A DNA stretch of 64,000 nucleotides from an uncultured Bacteroidales bacterium (GTDB lineage Bacteria > Bacteroidota > Bacteroidia > Bacteroidales > JAAYJT01), in the NCBI GenBank assembly GCA_964349765.1, contig CAYGGZ010000001.1, positions 313,282 to 377,281 of the forward strand. Reading direction: 5' to 3'. Numbering within the stretch: position 1 is the first letter of the stretch; each line of letters begins with the position of its first letter. This document shows, piece after piece, positions 61,623 to 64,000 of this stretch. The notes under the pieces are model-generated. The model ran no database searches and was not told the DNA's origin. It was given only the letters and a program-made list of their open reading frames with translations. Both the position numbers and the translations under genes were made by a program.

Positions 61623-61645
61623 CATTTGCAAGCACATTTGCAAGC
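61623..61645 (-). promoter_or_regulatory. Tandem 11-mer (CATTTGCAAGC x2), candidate operator upstream of the antitoxin-toxin operon
   Basis: Two copies at 61623-61633 and 61635-61645, about 95-120 nt upstream of the antitoxin ATG. Each contains the palindrome TTGCAA. Confidence 0.3.
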
Positions 61646-61682
61646 CCACACGAGCCAACGCTCAAACCAAAAGTCCGGCTGT

Positions 61683-61959
61683 CCGACTAATTTTACCTGC
61701 CCGACTTGGTCATTCAGGCGGGTTTCTATATTTTTACCCCTGTTGTGCTTGTTGAGTAGTAATTACAAACTTGCAACATTGAGTTAAAACCTTCGGGATG
61801 GTAACCCCTTTTCTAAATTCTTCGTAATTTTGGTCAGACATTACTGAAAAAGAATGAAAATAACACGCTACGCCAAAACCGAAACTATATCGCATTACCT
61901 ACCCGATTCGGGTTGATACGCGCTATAAGGCGGGATGGAGTTGTGAGTATAAACAAGTT
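61683..61959 (+). repeat. Cassette-junction element copy C (module 1 61683-61846 plus module 2 61847-61959)
   Basis: Full-length copy, collinear with copy A with scattered substitutions. Confidence 0.9.
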
Positions 61960-62082
61960 ACTGAGAAGTGTTAAAGACCTTACTTCGGTTGACGATTTGG
62001 AGCTAAATCTTAAAAAATAGTCATGATTAATTCCTGACATTCAACCAAAAACGATAAATTTTGGAGCTTAAATTAAAGCTAA

Positions 62083-62919
62083 ATGAAATCAGACGAAATT
62101 AGAAATTTGTTTTCCCAATTTGAAGCTGCAGCCTCAGATTTAGAAGGTGTTGAGTGTTGGAGCGCAAGAGAATTACAAGAATTATTAGGATACAGCAAAT
62201 GGGAAAATTTTGAAAAGGTAATTCAAAAAGCTAAGGATGCATGCAGTAATGCAGGAGAATTAACTGAGAACCATTTTCCCGACATCAGGAAAATGGTCGA
62301 GATTGGCTCAAAGGCTGAAAGAGCCATAGATGACATTGCATTAACTCGTTACGCTTGTTATCTAATTGCTCAAAATGGCGATAGCAAAAAAGAAGAAATT
62401 GCGTTTGCTCAAAACTATTTTGCGGTACAAACTCGAAGAGCAGAATTAGTTGAACAAAGAATTTTAGAATATGAAAGGATAAAAGCTCGTGAAAAATTAA
62501 GCCAAACTGAGAAACAACTATCCGGTATTCTTTATGAGCGTGGGGTTGACAGCCAAGGATTTGCAATCATTAGGAGTAAAGGCGACCAAGCTTTATTCAG
62601 GTTAAATACCCAAATGTTAAAACGTAAAATGGGAGTTCCAGATAGTAGACCAGTTGCGGATTTTCTTCCTACTATCAGCATAAAAGCTAAAGACTTGGCA
62701 GCCGAAATGACAGGATTGAATGTACAAAGCAAAGACTTAAAAGGGCAAACAAAAATTGAAAAAGAACATATTGACAACAATCTTGCGGTTAGGAATATGT
62801 TAACACTGAGAGGCATTGTGCCGGAAAACTTGTCACCGGCAGAGGATGTTAAAAAACTACAACGGAAACTTGATGGAGAGGAGAAAAAATTATTGAAAGG
62901 AACTAAAAAGAAAAAATGA
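62083..62919 (+). CDS. dinD: DNA damage-inducible protein D (DinD) family protein
   Basis: Collinear with recalled E. coli DinD motifs: WSARELQELLGYS, VIQKAKDACSNAG, HFPDIRKMVEIGSKAERAIDDIALTRYACYLIAQNGD, NYFAVQTRRAEL. The length is similar (278 aa). Confidence 0.8.
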   Translation: MKSDEIRNLFSQFEAAASDLEGVECWSARELQELLGYSKWENFEKVIQKAKDACSNAGELTENHFPDIRKMVEIGSKAERAIDDIALTRYACYLIAQNGDSKKEEIAFAQNYFAVQTRRAELVEQRILEYERIKAREKLSQTEKQLSGILYERGVDSQGFAIIRSKGDQALFRLNTQMLKRKMGVPDSRPVADFLPTISIKAKDLAAEMTGLNVQSKDLKGQTKIEKEHIDNNLAVRNMLTLRGIVPENLSPAEDVKKLQRKLDGEEKKLLKGTKKKK

Positions 62920-63201
62920 CGAAAAGATTAAAAAACACCAGGCAGTAACACATGGGAGAATGCATGCTGGTTTCAGAGGTTTTCGAAGGTTCGTGGCTCG
63001 TAAAAATAGTTGGTATAAACTGATAGGAAATCGCCTCGTATTCTCGCAAGACACCCTGCCATCAACCCTTATAAGCAAGCGTAACAGACTGCATAACAAC
63101 CATTAAACTGACAGACAATTATCGAAACGACAGGATGACATATAGGCTTAAAACCGGGCTTTCCCGACACGACAGCCCAACGCTTCGTGTTTACTTTTTT
63201 G

Positions 63202-63330
63202 CCGACCCGTAATTTTTAAAAATAATGAAAATAACACGCTACTCCAAAACCGAAACTATATTGCATTACCTACGCGATTCTGGTTGATACACGCTATAAG
63301 GCGGGGTGGAGTAGGGGGTATAAACAAGTT
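63202..63330 (+). repeat. Cassette-junction element copy D (collapsed module 1 remnant plus module 2)
   Basis: CCGAC-c-CGTAATTTTT joins the two ends of module 1 directly. Module 2 follows (63215-63330), near-identical to copy A. Confidence 0.85.
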
Positions 63331-63408
63331 GGCGGTCATGCTGAAAAAAAGACACACACAGCGATTTAAATTATCCAAATTCATAAATTTGAAAACAAAA
63401 GCAAGATT

Positions 63409-64000
63409 TTGAAACCTACTAAGACAGATTTAAGTGCTTTAAATGATAAGCAAAGAGAAGCAGTAATCAGTGAAGATAAACGTATTTTAGTTTTAGCTGG
63501 TGCAGGTTCTGGCAAAACAAAAACACTTTTACAAAAGATTATTTATTTAATTGAAGAAAAAGGTGTAAGCCCTGCAAATATTCTTGCAATCACATTTTCA
63601 AAAAATGCTACCAATGAAATGATTGACCGCTTGATTATTTCTGCAGATACAACTGGGAAATATGAACGCATGTTGGTCGATAAAAGCCTAAGCAAACCAG
63701 ACAAAGAAAAGGAACGATATTATCAGCAAAAGAAATATAAATGGATTGATGGATTAACAGTAAGAACTTTTCATAGTTTTTGTTACAATGTGCTTCGTCA
63801 TTATGGAGTTAATGAGTTTGATAATAAATTTAAAATTATTGGTTACGAAAAAAGAGACGAAGAGAATAAGCGTTTAAAAAATGTTGCTCGTGAGACTGTT
63901 TTTGATGTATTCCATAATCTATTGAAAAAGCAATGTGAGGACACGGATTATTTACTTAAACTAAAGCGATACATTTTAGATTATATTATTGACAAGATTC
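63409..64000 (+). CDS. UvrD/Rep-like superfamily 1 helicase (N-terminal part, continues past the window)
   Basis: Manual translation from the TTG at 63409 gives LKPTKTDLSALNDKQREAVISEDKRILVLAGAGSGKTKTLLQKIIYLI...ILAITFSKNATNEM...VRTFHSFC, which covers motifs Q, I, Ia and Ic. It is not in the ORF track because no stop falls in the window. The start codon is uncertain. Confidence 0.8.
   Translation, partial: MKPTKTDLSALNDKQREAVISEDKRILVLAGAGSGKTKTLLQKIIYLIEEKGVSPANILAITFSKNATNEMIDRLIISADTTGKYERMLVDKSLSKPDKEKERYYQQKKYKWIDGLTVRTFHSFCYNVLRHYGVNEFDNKFKIIGYEKRDEENKRLKNVARETVFDVFHNLLKKQCEDTDYLLKLKRYILDYIIDKI

Noticed and set aside
58998-63330. Possibility that the regularly spaced repeats are a CRISPR array
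   Set aside because: The repeats are 130-277 bp and modular. The spacers are 0.9-1.3-kb gene-containing segments. No cas genes are present and there is no short palindromic repeat periodicity.
58998-64000. Calling the island a bona fide integron
   Set aside because: No intI-type tyrosine recombinase, attI or Pc is visible. The junctions are much longer than attC and I could not demonstrate attC-type bottom-strand folding by eye. The idea is kept only as an analogy to be tested.
1-64000. tRNA, rRNA or tmRNA genes
   Set aside because: A scan of intergenic gaps for T-loop-like GGTTCGAATCC-type motifs and cloverleaf-sized GC-rich stretches found nothing convincing. The absence is not proven without tRNAscan or Infernal.

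Overview
The gene content looks like a Bacteroidota chromosome segment. Evidence is the type IX secretion/gliding genes porP-gldKLMN and a PorW/SprE-like lipoprotein, a T9SS C-terminal sorting domain cargo protein, TAnnTTTG-type promoter boxes and a Bacteroidota-type succinate dehydrogenase. Positions 1 to about 58,900 are densely packed housekeeping genes: sufBCD, rnc-fabF-acpP, purN, sdhCAB, dxs, dxr, rseP, recG, pheT, korAB with a small ferredoxin, folE with a PTPS, fabD and mfd. This stretch also holds a TonB-dependent receptor with a hemerythrin-like/LuxR pair and an ABC exporter. Copies of a small palindromic repeat family sit in several intergenic gaps, and two inverted copies bracket a queD-mntP gene pair. 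From about 58,998 to the window end the sequence becomes visibly more A+T rich and changes organisation. Four unrelated accessory cassettes are each separated by copies of one modular junction element. The cassettes are a TIR/SEFIR-like protein, a reverse-oriented RelE-like toxin with an XRE-Panacea (DUF4065) antitoxin, a DinD homologue, and a UvrD-like helicase cut by the window edge. Module 1 of the junction element is about 165 bp and has imperfect terminal inverted repeats, a hairpin and a TAATTTTG box. Module 2 is about 113 bp and forms a conserved leader with a 20-codon uORF. This cassette array, superficially integron-like but with atypical junctions and no recombinase in view, is the most interesting feature. 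No rRNA, tRNA or CRISPR array was recognised.
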